A DNA stretch of 64,000 nucleotides from an uncultured Alphaproteobacteria bacterium (lineage in GTDB: Bacteria > Pseudomonadota > Alphaproteobacteria > Geminicoccales > Geminicoccaceae), in NCBI GenBank assembly GCA_963730195.1, contig CAVSRN010000048.1, positions 30,466-94,465 of the forward strand, written 5' to 3'. Below are positions 63,060-64,000 of the stretch, piece by piece. The notes under the pieces are model-generated. The model was not told the DNA's origin. It worked only from the letters and a program-made list of their open reading frames with translations, and made no database searches. Within the stretch, counting starts at the first letter, position 1; each line of letters starts with the position of its first letter. A program made the translations under genes and the position numbers.

Positions 63060-64000
63060 ATGCCGCTCGGGGGGGAAAGCCTGGCCACGGTCCGGCACGG
63101 GATCGGCCAGATCTTGTTGGATGTGTACATCGCCCAGGCGATCGTCAACGTCGAGGTCGAGCGCGGCGCGACCGCGGCGCGGTTCCGCTTCGAGACCGTG
63201 TGGCCGAGCTTCGCCACGGTCGAGATCTTCCGCATGGTCCATGGCGAGCTGGCGCTCGACATGGAGAAGGAGAACCTGGTGCGGACCGAGATCGAGCTGT
63301 TCGGCGATGCCCGGTCCCTGCACGAGGTGCTGGTCGGCGGTCTCGAGCAGGAGCACCGCTTCTGGTACCGGATCTCGGTGCCGCGGCGCTCGCCGCCCGA
63401 GCCCGCCGCGACCGGCAAGCTGCGCGCCCGCGGCGAGTTCGCGACCAAGCGGCGCGACACGATCGGCAACATCGAGACCATCCACATCATCGACGACAGC
63501 GACACCTCGGGCGCCGGCGAGCTCCGCTTCAGCGCCGCGGTCTACGACGCCACCATCGCGCAGGGCCCGCGCCTCGGCCCGCCGCAGGTCACCGGCGAGC
63601 GCGACATCGACAGCGGCGGCGACTTCGACGCGCCGTTCGACAACCTGGTGACGATCAGCCGCGCGCCGGATCGGATCGGCATCCTGGTCGCTGGTCAGGA
63701 CGACGACGTCGACGTCGAAGACTTTCTCACGTTCCAAGGCTTCGCCGGGATCGGCCTGCTGCCACCCGACCGGATGCCCGCGCAGGCCGGGACGTTCAGC
63801 AACAGCGCGGTCGACGCCAGCGACGCGCTTGGGTTCGTCGACCTGCCCAATTTCGGCGAACGATCGGTGCAGCCGTTCAGCTTCAAGAGCGCCCGCGGCG
63901 CGCTGTGGTATTCGTGCAGCGGTCATATCATCACCAACCTGCTCGACACCCTGGGCCAGCGCCCGCTGTCGCCCTGGAAGGCGCTCCAGCGGAGCAAGAT
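63060..64000 (+). CDS. hypothetical protein (partial, runs off the window end)
   Basis: Not in the ORF track because it has no stop. ATG 63060, 7 nt after GGAGG. 313 codons read with almost exclusively G/C-ending codons (MPLGGESLATVRHGIGQILLDVYIAQ...). The antisense ORF 62928..63926 is judged spurious. Confidence 0.6.
   Translation, partial: MPLGGESLATVRHGIGQILLDVYIAQAIVNVEVERGATAARFRFETVWPSFATVEIFRMVHGELALDMEKENLVRTEIELFGDARSLHEVLVGGLEQEHRFWYRISVPRRSPPEPAATGKLRARGEFATKRRDTIGNIETIHIIDDSDTSGAGELRFSAAVYDATIAQGPRLGPPQVTGERDIDSGGDFDAPFDNLVTISRAPDRIGILVAGQDDDVDVEDFLTFQGFAGIGLLPPDRMPAQAGTFSNSAVDASDALGFVDLPNFGERSVQPFSFKSARGALWYSCSGHIITNLLDTLGQRPLSPWKALQRSK

Overview
High-GC chromosomal segment, roughly 65-70% GC by eye (not computed). 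Gene content and synteny look alphaproteobacterial: rplU-rpmA-obg-proB ... proA-nadD-rsfS-rlmH, plus rpoH, usg and a DUF2628 gene.

Layout:
- 0.2-9.2 kb: an amino-acid-type ABC transporter and catabolic locus with a divergent GntR regulator.
- 9.2-14.8 kb: a KorAB 2-oxoacid:ferredoxin oxidoreductase operon with two flavoprotein partners.
- 16-26 kb: housekeeping genes (VOC protein, vapBC, ilvA, argC, purD, Sua5-type gene, L21/L27, obg).
- 25.8-31 kb: the proB...rlmH block, with a class III nucleotidyl cyclase inserted between proB and proA.
- 31.1-37.5 kb: a co-oriented CHASE2 cyclase, a giant FecR-TPR-beta-barrel protein and a small Cys-rich secreted protein. The last ~1.8 kb has clearly atypical, AT-richer codon usage.
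- 37.4-40.6 kb: a convergent MoxR-DUF58-BatD-like operon.
- 40.8-49.4 kb: housekeeping and miscellaneous genes (beta-helix protein, usg, ggt, nhaA, DapA-family gene, sufE, rpoH).
- 49.7-60.1 kb: a patchwork around the HAD-glgA-pgm operon. It holds a decayed TIR remnant, a REP-like hairpin repeat family in three clusters, a ~398-bp tandem duplication carrying a pgm 3' fragment, DUF4160/DUF2442 and HigBA-like pairs, two tandem TIR-domain genes on an AT-rich cassette, a DUF29 gene and a TPR-tail remnant.
- 60.1-64.0 kb: a heavily frameshifted ABC permease, its intact ATPase, and a partial hypothetical CDS running off the end.

Best candidates for something undescribed: (i) the DUF4062-TIR-SHOCT plus TIR-TPR gene pair, and (ii) the CHASE2 / FecR-TPR-barrel / Cys-rich-protein locus.

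Caveats: about 20 reading-frame breaks occur, including in proA, nadD and pgm, so sequencing or assembly indels are likely mixed with real pseudogenes. All calls rest on reading translated motifs. No database search or statistic was run.
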